A stretch of 64,000 nt of DNA, from assembly GCA_964618635.1 (NCBI GenBank), contig CAZUDM010000016.1, positions 517-64,516 on the forward strand, read 5' to 3'. Position numbers and translations under genes: made by a program. Position 1 is the first letter of the stretch. Every line of letters starts with the position of its first letter. The stretch is from an uncultured Spirochaetia bacterium (GTDB taxonomy: Bacteria; Desulfobacterota_D; UBA1144; Nemesobacterales; UBA2774). Below the pieces are notes generated by a model, which made no database searches, was not told where the DNA came from, and saw only the letters and a program-made list of their open reading frames with translations. Of the stretch, positions 19,391-29,982 are shown one piece after another.

Positions 19391-20230
19391 CTATAAATTC
19401 CTGAACTCTTTATAAGCCAACATTCGCATCAATGCTTCGTCATCTCCAAAGAGAGTATAATCGTTTATATTCATTGAATATAAATTCTCCAAAACTTTTT
19501 CTTTTTCATCACGTTTGAGAATGAATTTTTTCATTCGATGATTTTCCGGATGATTTTCGACGGCTACTTCATGTTTCATGAAGTAAGTCTCTGAGTCGAT
19601 TTTTGCTCGACATATCGTATACACACTTTGCTGCTTATGATGCCTGTTGTGGGTAGCTATATAAGGCCCTATATGATCGATGATTGGATCATTTGAAGGG
19701 CCGCCACGTACTCTACCATCCCAATTTTTATAAGCGTAAATTGCGACATCTTCATTCTTTGTTGCATGTCTGAACGCAAAAAAAGCGGCTATATAATACG
19801 AAGCTGTCCAGTCAAGTATTGGTGTGGGAAATCCATGATGCCGTGCAAAGCATATAAGCTCTAAATGTTGGACTGGTCCTGTTCGTTCCATTTTGATTTT
19901 CTGAGGGGTAAATGTCTCAAAATGTTCTTTGGTGAGAGAATTTATAATAGACACAGTAGGAGATAGATAAGAATAATACTGATGGGCTAGATAGATATCT
20001 GTGTCATTTCCTATTTCATCTCTCAAAAATCTTTCGAGAGATGTCTCTAGCGTCCAGGAAGCGCGGGAATGCCCTCTGTATATCCAATTGCTATGTGCTA
20101 CACTTACCACTCTTTCCTTCGCCGAAGCTCTTATTGCTTTGACTTCGGCAATATCGGCTTTAGCTTTTTCTTCAAACTCACTCCATGCTAACGGAGTACC
20201 TTCACCAATGATTTCTAAACCTTTTTTCAT
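19391..20230 (-). CDS. FRG-domain protein
   Basis: WIYRGH....L.TSLER; RHHGFPTPILDWT.S..IAAFFA. Confidence 0.9.
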   Translation of the reverse strand: MKKGLEIIGEGTPLAWSEFEEKAKADIAEVKAIRASAKERVVSVAHSNWIYRGHSRASWTLETSLERFLRDEIGNDTDIYLAHQYYSYLSPTVSIINSLTKEHFETFTPQKIKMERTGPVQHLELICFARHHGFPTPILDWTASYYIAAFFAFRHATKNEDVAIYAYKNWDGRVRGGPSNDPIIDHIGPYIATHNRHHKQQSVYTICRAKIDSETYFMKHEVAVENHPENHRMKKFILKRDEKEKVLENLYSMNINDYTLFGDDEALMRMLAYKEFRNL

Positions 20231-20338
20231 ACTCGGCTCTTATGCAAACCTCATTTAATCATATTGGTTATTAATATATCATGATTAGTTATATCGCCTA
20301 GCTAGTGAGGCGTTATTAATGTGGAGGGATGTGTTTGT

Positions 20339-20396
20339 CTATTCCGTTCCGGTCACATCGGGCGCGGTCGGCAGACCGGCGAGCCCCCACGCGATT
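20339..20396 (-). repeat. Right att-like direct repeat (current MFS 3' end)
   Basis: Matches 16987-17044. Confidence 0.9.
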
Positions 20397-21505
20397 ATGA
20401 CGAGGAACCCGACCGTCAGCGGGGCCGAGGGATGGAGGTGATAGAGATACCCGGCCATTATGCCGCCCGCGGAAGAGCCCGCGAACGACAGCAGGTTGTA
20501 AAGCCCCGTCGCGGCGCCCCTGTTCGCCTGGCTCACCCTGTGCGTGACGAAGGCGGGAAGGATCGACTGCATTATCGTGTGCCCCGCGAAGAAGAGCATC
20601 CCCGCGCCGTAGAAAATCAGCGCGGCCTTCGAGAGCACGGGATAGGTCAGGAACGCGAGCGCGACGAGCCCCCAGCCGGCCTTGACTACAACTCCCATGC
20701 GCCCCTTCTTCTCGGCTATCCTCACGGCCGGGAACACGAACAGAGCGGTCGGTATTAGGGATATGAGATAAACCTTCCACAGCGCCGCGTCGCTCACCCC
20801 GAGGGACGTCCACGTGAGCGGGTAAACGAACACGAAGAGGTTCACGGATAGCGAGACGACGACAGTCGCCAGCAGAAGCCTTCTCATCTCCGGCATGCGG
20901 AGGAGCGCCCTGAACCCCGCGCGCTCGCCGACGGGCTGCCCGTTTTCTATTTTCGGGAAGAAGAAGAGAGTCAGCAAAAGAGCGAGCGCGCCGGACCCTG
21001 CGAGAACGTAAAAGACGCTCGAAAATCCCAGCTTAGCCGCGAGGTAGGGCCCGAGTATTATCGCCACGAGGAACGCTATTCCTATGGTTATGCCGACTAT
21101 CGTGAACGACTGCGCCCTCACCTGGGGCCGCGTGAGGTCGCCGAGGGCGGCGATAGCGACGGAGCTGACCGCTCCCATGCCCTGTATGATACGCGCGATT
21201 ATAAGCTCGTTTATCGTATTCGCCTCGGCGCACAAAACGCTTCCGACCGTGAATATAAGGAGCCCGGCGATGAGGACCGGCTTTCGCCCGAGCTTGTCGC
21301 TCGCCCATCCGAAAGGCACCTGGAACACGCTCTGCGCGAGGGCGTATATGCCGAATGCGACCCCGGCCATCGCTATGCTGGAGCCGGGATACTTTTCGGC
21401 GTAGACGCTGAACACGGGCAGTATGAGGAATATGCCGAGGAGCCTCGAAGCCATGATGATGGCCACCGTGACGACGGCCTTAAGCTCAGTGTAGTCCAGT
21501 CTCAT
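20339..21505 (-). CDS. MFS transporter (YajR-like)
   Basis: GWASDKLGRKP motif A; ARIIQGMGA; about 12 TM segments. Confidence 0.9.
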   Translation of the reverse strand: MRLDYTELKAVVTVAIIMASRLLGIFLILPVFSVYAEKYPGSSIAMAGVAFGIYALAQSVFQVPFGWASDKLGRKPVLIAGLLIFTVGSVLCAEANTINELIIARIIQGMGAVSSVAIAALGDLTRPQVRAQSFTIVGITIGIAFLVAIILGPYLAAKLGFSSVFYVLAGSGALALLLTLFFFPKIENGQPVGERAGFRALLRMPEMRRLLLATVVVSLSVNLFVFVYPLTWTSLGVSDAALWKVYLISLIPTALFVFPAVRIAEKKGRMGVVVKAGWGLVALAFLTYPVLSKAALIFYGAGMLFFAGHTIMQSILPAFVTHRVSQANRGAATGLYNLLSFAGSSAGGIMAGYLYHLHPSAPLTVGFLVIIAWGLAGLPTAPDVTGTE

Positions 21506-21598
21506 TCGTGTGCTGTCCGCAGGATGTCGGGGAAGTGAGGAATTTTAACATGCCCGCTGAAAATTGATACTCCCGGGCGGGGGTGTAATCTTAATCAT

Positions 21599-23122
21599 AT
21601 GGCGCGCGCGAAAGGGCTCAACAACATAGAAGCCGATTCATTCGACAGGGAGACGTATTCCGGCCTCGTCAGCTCGTCCTCCGAGCTGAGGGATTTGATA
21701 GAAAGGGGCTCCACTCTTCTCCCCGGATTCGGCCCGCTTATGGAAGACATATTCGCCTCGTTCTTCAAGCACAACGTCGTCTTTCTGCCGGAGGACTCGC
21801 TCAGGAAAAGCGCTCTCCTCCCGAGGCGCATAATGAAGGAAGTCCTCTCCGACAGCGCTTACAAGGAAATGAGGGAAGAAACCGTCCTCGACGAGTTCCA
21901 TTCGGCGCTGGCCGCCGTCGAAATGGGCCGGAGCGTTCTCGAATGGCTCCGGTCGGAAGACGGGCCCGGGGAGAGGTCGCTCGTCAAAGAATGGCAGACG
22001 GACGCCGCCGAGAGCGAAGTCGGCGAGATGAGAGACGAAATGGAAACCTGGAACGAGAACGAGGGGGGCGACGAAAACGAGGCTTTCAAAAAGCTAAGGG
22101 ACGAGAAGAAGAGGGAGCTCGGGGACGCCGAGGAAGAGCTCGGCGACCTCGCGGACGAGCTCGAAGAGAGGCACGAAAAATCATCCGTCAACCTGAAGAA
22201 GATGGTGAAGGCGTCGATGAAGGAGACGTCCGAAAGAATAGAAAACTCGGACGACGAGATACAGTCGTGGAGCTCGTCGATGGGCGCGCCCGCCGAGAGG
22301 CCCGCGGGCGAAAAGCTCGACCTGGCGGCAAAGCTCTACTCGAACGAAAAATTAAGGCGTCTCTCGCTCCTCGTCGGGAGCCTCAGGGAAGAGATGCTCC
22401 GGGGCCGGAGGAAGTCGTGGTCGCGGAGGGGGGCCGAGGTGTTCGACATAGCCTCGGGAGACGATATAGGGCGCATAATACCGTCGGAGCTGGTTCTGCT
22501 CGCCCGTCCCGCGCTCAGCTCCGATTTCAAGAAGCGGCTCGTCGAGGGGAGGCTCCTTCAATATTCTCTACGCGAAGAGAAGGGGAGGGGGCCGATGGTC
22601 GTCTGTCTCGACGGCAGCTCTTCCCTGGAAGGAAAAAAGGAGCTATGGTCGAAGGGCGTCTGCCTGACGCTGCTGGAGATCGCGAAGAGGGAAAGGCGTA
22701 AGGCGGCGATAATCGTGTTCTCCTCTGGCGGTCAGCCGGGGAGGGTGTTCGAAACCGACCCGCGCGAAGGGAAGGGCGGCTGGGGGATGAAGGAGAGCGA
22801 CGTCTTCGAGCTGGCCGAATATTTCCCGGGAGGCGGGACCAATTTCGAGGAGCCCCTCGACCGCGCGCTCGACATACTCGCGGGCTCGAAATGGAGGCGC
22901 GGCGATATAGTCTTCATCACCGACGGTGAAGCGGCTGTCAGCGGGGAATGGCTCGAAAAGTTCAGGCGCGAGAAATCGAGGCTCGGGTTCAAGGTCTACT
23001 CCGTCCTCATAGACGTATCCGGGAAGGAATCGTGGGAGTCCCTTTCGGGGTTCAGCGATAAAGTAACGTCTGTCTCGTGCCTCACATCCGAAGAGGCGGG
23101 CGGAATCTTCCTCGACCTCTAG
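21599..23122 (+). CDS. VWA-domain protein (ViaA/YehP-like)
   Basis: Coiled-coil N-terminal region; CLDGSSS MIDAS, GGTNF, FITDG. Confidence 0.85.
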   Translation: MARAKGLNNIEADSFDRETYSGLVSSSSELRDLIERGSTLLPGFGPLMEDIFASFFKHNVVFLPEDSLRKSALLPRRIMKEVLSDSAYKEMREETVLDEFHSALAAVEMGRSVLEWLRSEDGPGERSLVKEWQTDAAESEVGEMRDEMETWNENEGGDENEAFKKLRDEKKRELGDAEEELGDLADELEERHEKSSVNLKKMVKASMKETSERIENSDDEIQSWSSSMGAPAERPAGEKLDLAAKLYSNEKLRRLSLLVGSLREEMLRGRRKSWSRRGAEVFDIASGDDIGRIIPSELVLLARPALSSDFKKRLVEGRLLQYSLREEKGRGPMVVCLDGSSSLEGKKELWSKGVCLTLLEIAKRERRKAAIIVFSSGGQPGRVFETDPREGKGGWGMKESDVFELAEYFPGGGTNFEEPLDRALDILAGSKWRRGDIVFITDGEAAVSGEWLEKFRREKSRLGFKVYSVLIDVSGKESWESLSGFSDKVTSVSCLTSEEAGGIFLDL

Positions 23123-23160
23123 CACCGCACCATTCTATAAAAATCCCCGCCTGGAAGACG

Positions 23161-23430
23161 CTAAATATTCGCGCCGTGGTCCGACATTATGGCGGCCAGT
23201 CCGCCGAAAAAGAGCATTGCGACGACGACCAGGGCTCCCGCCACGATGGTTATGATCAGGGCGGCGATGGAAAAATTCTTCCTGTTGACGTTACCCGAGC
23301 TGCTTAGGGCCCAGTACAGCATGCAGATGAGCCCGACAAGGGGTATGTAAAGAAGTATCAGGGTGATTATCCAGTCGCCGATAGTCATCGGCGCGGTATC
23401 CCTGTCGATTGCCGGGGGTGTGCCTGTCAT
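23161..23430 (-). CDS. Small membrane protein
   Basis: MTIGDWIITLILLYIPLVGLI...WA...N.NRKNF pattern; two TM segments. Confidence 0.7.
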   Translation of the reverse strand: MTGTPPAIDRDTAPMTIGDWIITLILLYIPLVGLICMLYWALSSSGNVNRKNFSIAALIITIVAGALVVVAMLFFGGLAAIMSDHGANI

Positions 23431-23683
23431 GTGAAATCCTCCTTTCGGGAATGGCTTATCGCTCTATGGCGTCCTTCGTTCGTCTAATTATAATCCCTTT
23501 CGGAACGTGGGGCAGTCCCGTTTCTATATCCCCTGGCGACGCCGAGCTCAATCTCATGATATCACGGCTGGCTGTATCAATCCACCAGAGCCCGGCAACG
23601 CCGCAGCGGGCTGGAGATTGACTGGAAACTCCAATATGATATAACCGTTTATAGAACGATTCTCAGGGGGGAGGTATCGAGAC

Positions 23684-24358
23684 ATGAACTCTCGCAGGTT
23701 AAAAAAGATTATGGCTTTTTCGCTCCTGGCCGCCGCTCCGATCGCGGCCGCTATCGCCCAGCCGGACTCGCCGCCCATAACGCCCGACACCGGGTGGGTC
23801 GAGGCGTGCCAGAAGTCCGTCAACAACAAGATAAAGGGCGAGCATTACGACGCCGACAAGGTGACGTTCAAATACGACGGGATGACCCTCTCGAAGCTCT
23901 CCGACACGGAAAACAAGGTGACGGGCGCGGGCGAGTACATCAAGTCGGACGGGCACTGGAGGACGTTCAACTACGAATGCATCTTCAACGGGGCCACGAA
24001 CGCCGTGCAAAGCTCGAGCTACTTCAAGGCCTCGGCGTATACGGAGCCCGAGCCGCAGGCCGTGATCGCCGAGGCGACCTGCGATCTCTTCGACAAGAAG
24101 AGCGGCAGGAATCACTACCAGGGCGGATGCACAGTGAGCGTCATGGACGAGGAATCCGGGAACGAATACCAGGTTGCGCTTGGCGACGGGGAGCAGTACA
24201 TATTCGTGAACGCGGGCGCGATTTACAATGTGAAAACGCCGGAGGGGTGGTCGAAATACAACGCGATCCTGACGACGGACGCCAACAGGCGTATTTTCTA
24301 CTGGGACAAATGGGTGCTCACGATAGATGGCGGCCTGCCCACGCACGGGGTGTATTAG
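23684..24358 (+). CDS. Secreted hypothetical protein
   Basis: Signal peptide; paired Cys; GGAGG ribosome-binding site. Confidence 0.65.
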   Translation: MNSRRLKKIMAFSLLAAAPIAAAIAQPDSPPITPDTGWVEACQKSVNNKIKGEHYDADKVTFKYDGMTLSKLSDTENKVTGAGEYIKSDGHWRTFNYECIFNGATNAVQSSSYFKASAYTEPEPQAVIAEATCDLFDKKSGRNHYQGGCTVSVMDEESGNEYQVALGDGEQYIFVNAGAIYNVKTPEGWSKYNAILTTDANRRIFYWDKWVLTIDGGLPTHGVY

Positions 24359-24359
24359 C

Positions 24360-25300
24360 ACGCAACCGGGCGGGGACTTGCGCGGCTCTCAGCCGCGACT
24401 CCATAGTTCCGTCATTGCGAGGGAGCGCAGCGACCGCGGCAATCTCATCCCCCCTTAGGAAAAGGGGCGCACAGTGTGCGCTGACAACCGGCGGACGCAT
24501 CTTTGTTGCAGACATTACCCGACGCGCGGCCCATACTTTAAATCTCCTCTCCCGCTACGTCGGAAAACACACTACGTGTGTGTCATTCCCGAGTGCATTA
24601 ATCGGGAATCCATGTTCTTTAAAAAGACAGGAAAAGACAAATACTATAAAGGCTCCTACTTTTCCTTGATGAAAAGTAGCAAAAATCACGGGACGGGGGA
24701 CACGTAGTGTCTTTTTTCGCCATAGCCCGGTTATTGCTAAAGTCACTGGAAGCGCGTCAGGCGGTAATAGCAAGACTGCTGCTACTTCGAAAGTCAGCGG
24801 ACACGGTCCGCCTAAAAATCATCGCGGCTTCGCTAAATCTTATACCCACCCCACCCCCTGATAAGATTTTTAACGCTCATCCACTCGATAATCTCGACAG
24901 GGCAAGGCCAGTGATTAAACAGGATAGACGACTGACCGATGCTATAAATTTCCGGCCCGGCTACGTCGATCTCCTGCGGACGTCGTCCGCCCAATTTTGA
25001 CGTCCCGGAAGCGTATTGCTTCGCTGCTCACGCAGCTCGCAATATTATGATCCAGCCGAGGGTAAATATACTCTGTCATTTCGAACGAACGTGCGAAATC
25101 TTCTTTGTCCCCCTTAGGAAAAGGGGGACAATTCCGAACGCGTGAGGAATAGGGGGATTTAATCCTTGACTCTTTTTTGTCATTCCCAACGATTCCTCGC
25201 TCGCTCGAAATCGTTGTTCGAGATGACAACATTGTTGCTATGCGAACAGTTTTGATTTTTTATCCCCCCTTAGGAAAAGGGGGGTATGGGGGGATTTAAT
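24360..25300. repeat. Large mosaic REP-like cluster between convergent genes
   Basis: CCCCCTTAGGAAAAGGGG x3 (24450, 25109, 25264); GTCATTGCGA..GCAATCTC (~24410); 24554-24580 identical to 342-368; GTCATTCCC REP 24582-24612; inverted copy 24700-24726; block 24822-25050 homologous to 1-275. Confidence 0.8.
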
Positions 25301-25353
25301 ACTCTCGCAACTATCGCGCATTTCTCGCTATTGGCACTTCACTTTCTGCGCCG

Positions 25354-28300
25354 CTACAACAACACCTGGTTAAGAGTCTGGAGGAGGGTCTCGGCGTCGA
25401 AGGGCTTGGGCAGAAATGCGTCGACGTCCAGGTCGTGCATGTCGGCGAGCTCGTTTTCGCGCTGATACCCGCTTATGGCTATGACTTTGAGTGAAGGGGA
25501 TTCCTTCTTGAGCGTCCTTATCGTGGCCTTGCCGCCCATGACGGGCATCATCATGTCTACTATGGCGGCGTACACCTCGTCCTTCCTGTCGTGGAAGAGG
25601 TCGGCCGCTTCCTTGCCGTTGTTGGCGACGAGAACCCTGTACCTGTATTCTTCGAGTATGGATTTGGCCATGTCGGTTATCATGCTCTCGTCGTCGACGA
25701 CCAGTATGAGCTCGCCGCTCCCCCGCGGTATGCCGGAATAAAGGCCGCTCCCCGCGGCCGACATGTCGCCCGACTCTATCGCGGGGAGGTAAATCGTGAA
25801 CGTCGTCCCTTTGCCGACCTCGCTCTCGACGTTGATGTATCCTTCGTGGTCCTTGACGATGCCGTAGGTGGTCGAAAGGCCGAGGCCGGTCCCCTTGTCG
25901 AGCCCCTTGGTCGTGAAGAACGGGTCGAAGACGCGGTCGAGGTCCTCGGACGGGATGCCGCTGCCCGTGTCCGTAACGGCTATCTCCACGTACTCGCTGT
26001 GGCAGGGGTCGAAAAAGGCGGGGAGGCTTACGTGATCGGCCCTGATCCGCCTGGCCTTTATGGATATATCGCCGCCGCCCGGCATCGCGTCTCTCGCGTT
26101 GACGCAGAGGTTCATGAATACTTGGTTGATCTGCGTGTAGTCCGCGAGGACAGGCGGAAGGTTGTCTTTTATGTCGATGTGCACGTTTATCAGCTTCGGG
26201 AAAGTTTCCCTGACCAGCTTTTCTACGTCGCTTACCACGTTCTTCATGTCGAGGGGCTGCTTCGAGCTTTCGAGCCCCCGTGCAAAAGACAGTATCTGCT
26301 TTATGAGGTCGGAGCCGCGCTGCGCGCTGGTGGCGAGTATTTCGAGCCACTTCTTCGCCTGGGCGTCTGTCGTCCGCCCTTCGAGGAGCTGTATCGACAT
26401 CATTATGGGCTGGAGAATGTTGTTGAGGTCGTGCGCGATGCCGCCAGCGAGCTTCCCGAGGCTGTCGAGACGCTGCGAGCGGAGGAGCCTCGTTTCGAGC
26501 ATCTTGCTCTCCGTTATGTCGCGGAAGAGGACGGACGCCGTGTCCTGCCTCGCTCCGCCCGAAGTTATCGGGTTTATGCGCAGGCGGAATATGCGGTCGC
26601 CGCTGTCGGTCGCGATCTTGTACTCGGCTGACTCCGACTTGCCCGTGACAATGACGCGCCTTATCACGTCCGTCATTTTGGCCGCGAAGCTCGGAGGATA
26701 AAATTCGGAAAGCTTCCGGCCAAGCATCTCTTCCTTGGGCCTGACGAGGAGCCTTTCGTTGTCTGTCCAGATGCCGAGGTAGGCGCCGTTCGCATCCATC
26801 TCGCAGACTATCTCGTCGACCGAGCCGACGAGGGCCTTCAGCCTCTTTTCGTTGGCCTCTATCTCCTGCACGTAGCGGGCGTGCACTATCGCGAGCCCTA
26901 TCTGCTCGGCGATGGATTCGAGGAGGGATATCTCCTCCGGCTTGAACGCATCCTTATGAAGCGACATGAGCGTCACGCAGCCGGCGGTGCTCCCGACAGA
27001 CCTTATGGGCACCGAGAGATAGCTCTTGACGCCGAGCCCGATCGCGGCGGGGCCCATGTGAGCGCCGCCCGGCCCGTCCGTATCGAGACAGATCTCCGTC
27101 TTCCCGTTTATTATCGTTCTCCAGGTGAGGCCCCTCGGGTAGGGGATGCGCATTACCTTTTGGAGGTATTCGTCGTCGTGTCCGAAGCTCGCCTTGAGGA
27201 CGGCGGAATTTCCCTCGGCGAGGTGTATGCAGAAGGAATCCGCTTTCGTTACAATCTGGCGGAGGCTCGACAGCGTGAACTCCAGCATGCTGTCGAAATC
27301 CGACGACGTGTGAACGCTGCTCGTTATCGCGTTGATTATCTTTTCGTAGCTCTCTTTCTTCGAGAGCTTCTCTATCTTTTCCCTGAGCACCCGCTCCGAG
27401 GATACGAGCGACTCGACGTATCTCGCGTTGACTATGGCGATCTCTATCTGCCGCGACACGATGTCGAGCACACGGAGCTCGTCCGACCTGAAGGCGTTCT
27501 TCACGTCTGTCGCGATGCAGAGGGCGCCGAGCGCCTTGCCGCCGTTCTTCAGCGGAACGAGCACGTAGCTCTTTATGCCGAGCTCGCGTCCGGCGGGTCC
27601 CATGTGAGGGTCGTCGTCCGTATCGGGCACGTAGAGCGTCCGCCCGTCGATTATGGTGCGCCACACCGCTCCCTTCGGGAACTGTATGCGGCCGGCGCGC
27701 TTTATGAACCAGTCGGGGTAGCCCCTGTGGGCGTGCATCACCGCGACCGAGCCCTCGATCAGGAAAATCGAAACCTGGTTCACGGTCCGCATGTTCTGGT
27801 GTATGGCCTGAACTGCATTATCCATGACCGTCTTGAGGTCTACGGCCTTGTGAACGCTCCTCGTTACGATACCGACAACGGCCTCGTACCGGTTTATCTT
27901 GGAAAGGCGGTCGAGGGTTTCCTGGAGCTTGTCCTCTGCGGTTAACTGGCGGGATATGTCGAGCACGACGGCCGCGAATACGGGTGTGCCGCAGCACTCC
28001 GTCGCCTGGACGTGCATCTCGGCGGGGTAGCAGGAGCCGTCCTTCCGGAAGAGATAGGTTGTAAATCCCGTCTTCCGGGATTCCCCGGAAAGAAGCGGCT
28101 CGAGATGCTTGCCGGCCGCGCTGTCGGTGACGTCGTGAAACGTAAGCGAGGCCAGCTCCGCGGCGTTGTAGCCGAGGTTCTCGAGCGTCTTCCCGTTAGC
28201 GTGAATGAATCTCAGGTTTTTCGTATCGAGAACGCATATCTCGAATACGGATTCTTCGAGTATGGAGCCGAGATGGGTGAGGTGATCAAGCTCGGCTCCG

Positions 28301-28434
28301 AGCTCGTCGAGCCGCGAGCCGAGGCGGTGGTTTTCTTCCGAAAGGGATTTGATTCTGGATATGAGCTCCTCTCTGCTCTTGCCGCGAAGCTCATCGTCCG
28401 TAGGCAGGGGTTGTCTTCTGTGCTCTTTCTCCAT
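25354..28434 (-). CDS. Hybrid sensor histidine kinase PAS-GAF-GAF-PAS-HisKA-HATPase-REC
   Basis: [14 protein letters not shown]-box, [36 protein letters not shown]. Confidence 0.95.
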   Translation of the reverse strand: MEKEHRRQPLPTDDELRGKSREELISRIKSLSEENHRLGSRLDELGAELDHLTHLGSILEESVFEICVLDTKNLRFIHANGKTLENLGYNAAELASLTFHDVTDSAAGKHLEPLLSGESRKTGFTTYLFRKDGSCYPAEMHVQATECCGTPVFAAVVLDISRQLTAEDKLQETLDRLSKINRYEAVVGIVTRSVHKAVDLKTVMDNAVQAIHQNMRTVNQVSIFLIEGSVAVMHAHRGYPDWFIKRAGRIQFPKGAVWRTIIDGRTLYVPDTDDDPHMGPAGRELGIKSYVLVPLKNGGKALGALCIATDVKNAFRSDELRVLDIVSRQIEIAIVNARYVESLVSSERVLREKIEKLSKKESYEKIINAITSSVHTSSDFDSMLEFTLSSLRQIVTKADSFCIHLAEGNSAVLKASFGHDDEYLQKVMRIPYPRGLTWRTIINGKTEICLDTDGPGGAHMGPAAIGLGVKSYLSVPIRSVGSTAGCVTLMSLHKDAFKPEEISLLESIAEQIGLAIVHARYVQEIEANEKRLKALVGSVDEIVCEMDANGAYLGIWTDNERLLVRPKEEMLGRKLSEFYPPSFAAKMTDVIRRVIVTGKSESAEYKIATDSGDRIFRLRINPITSGGARQDTASVLFRDITESKMLETRLLRSQRLDSLGKLAGGIAHDLNNILQPIMMSIQLLEGRTTDAQAKKWLEILATSAQRGSDLIKQILSFARGLESSKQPLDMKNVVSDVEKLVRETFPKLINVHIDIKDNLPPVLADYTQINQVFMNLCVNARDAMPGGGDISIKARRIRADHVSLPAFFDPCHSEYVEIAVTDTGSGIPSEDLDRVFDPFFTTKGLDKGTGLGLSTTYGIVKDHEGYINVESEVGKGTTFTIYLPAIESGDMSAAGSGLYSGIPRGSGELILVVDDESMITDMAKSILEEYRYRVLVANNGKEAADLFHDRKDEVYAAIVDMMMPVMGGKATIRTLKKESPSLKVIAISGYQRENELADMHDLDVDAFLPKPFDAETLLQTLNQVLL

Positions 28435-29342
28435 TCAGGCTATCGCTCCGATACGCCCGGGGCCTGTGCGCCCGCCTGCGCTTCCATGCCGGTTTCTCCC
28501 CTCTCTGGTCAACTTGCCGGCCGGTATTGTTTCCGGCCTCGCAATAATTACCGGGCCCCGCCCGCGCCGGGCTCCCCGGTTTAAGTGCAGCGGCCTTTTA
28601 AAGGCCGGGTCAGGCTTTACGGACAGCGTTCGCCGGCAATCGACGCGGCGGGAGATGCGCAGATAGTATGGACGTGCGCGAAATGCCGTGCTCCCTTTCA
28701 AGCTACATCGAAAAACACGCTGCGAATAAAGTCCGCATAATCCCCTGCGTTGACGAAAGGAATGATTCGTTCCGGACGTCGGTGTATTTTCGGTTCCGGC
28801 CACCTCTCAAGGCCGTAAGCACTAGTGGAAGATTAAGTCGCCTTTTGCTGACTCCGCCCGCTTGGCGTGCCTCGATGCAAGGCTGCCGCGAGGGCGGTCT
28901 CTCTCACACTTGACTAATAATTACCGATTATGCACCTCAATGCTACCGGAATTTCGCGGAGCGGTGAAACTGTTTCCGCACGCCGTTTACGGCCGCTCGG
29001 ATCTCCCCGGGAGCTTCGTCCTGTCCCTTCGTACGCCGGCTCTCCGACAGCCGGTAGTCCTTGGCAACACAAGACTTTATTTAACTTCAACACCTTTTTC
29101 CATTATCGTGCCGATGCTTTTCAATGTCAATACAGTATTGTCGGATTTCTCGAAATACATGTATATCTATCTTTCTTCATACCCGGAGCTGCGGGCTGTG
29201 GTGCGCCGTTATTCCGGGCGCGGGCGGCAGCTGCGGACGGAGGAAATTGGGGGGATGCAGTTATGCGGGTGCATGCGCGGCAGACATCGGGCGTACCCTG
29301 CCGGTATGCGAAGCCGTATTTCACTCGATGCGCGGGGAGGGC

Positions 29343-29834
29343 TTATTCGAGGTCCCTGACCACTGTGACCAGCGCGGCCATCTCCGCCTTCATCTTGTGC
29401 CATTTGTCGGCCCCGATGCCCTCGACGAGATTCGCCTGGGCCCTCTGCCATAGAGGGAATGTCGAAACCAGCTTCTGCCTGCCCTTCCGGGAGAGGGTTA
29501 TGATCTTCTCCCTGCGATTTTTCCCGGGCTTCACGGTGACGAAGCTCTGCTTTTCGACCGTCACGAGGTTCCTGGCCAGCGTGCTCTGGTCGATGCCGAG
29601 AAATTCCGCCAGCGTTTTGAAGTTCGTCGATTTCATGTAGGCTACGGCGACGAGTATGAGAAACTGGTTACTCTTGAGATCGGCGTTTTTGAGCGCGTCG
29701 TCGTAGAAATTTATCACCACGCGGGCCGTCTTCCTGAACTCGTGGCACAGGCAGTCGAGGCATTCGTTCAGTGCGATCTCGGTGAAATCGGTCTGGCCGT
29801 TTTTTTTGCCGCTGGTTTTGGTTATCGTTTTCAT
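29343..29834 (-). CDS. MarR family transcriptional regulator
   Basis: CLCHEFRKTARVVINFYDDAL; LGIDQSTLARNL wHTH. Confidence 0.85.
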   Translation of the reverse strand: MKTITKTSGKKNGQTDFTEIALNECLDCLCHEFRKTARVVINFYDDALKNADLKSNQFLILVAVAYMKSTNFKTLAEFLGIDQSTLARNLVTVEKQSFVTVKPGKNRREKIITLSRKGRQKLVSTFPLWQRAQANLVEGIGADKWHKMKAEMAALVTVVRDLE

Positions 29835-29982
29835 ATTCGGGATATTATATACAAATTCTCCCGGATATAAAGCGGGTGTTAAGAACAATTTGCGCCCGCC
29901 GCGCTTCGCTAAGTTATTTTTATCATTAAAGTTAACGTTATTTTACTCCCCACCGGCATCCCCGTGTGACGCCCCCGCGCGG

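Larger units (their letters stand above)
17045..20338. mobile_element. Integrase-less AT-rich genomic islet inserted at MFS 3' end
   Basis: Abrupt GC drop bounded by the 57-bp direct repeat; three cargo genes. Confidence 0.8.
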
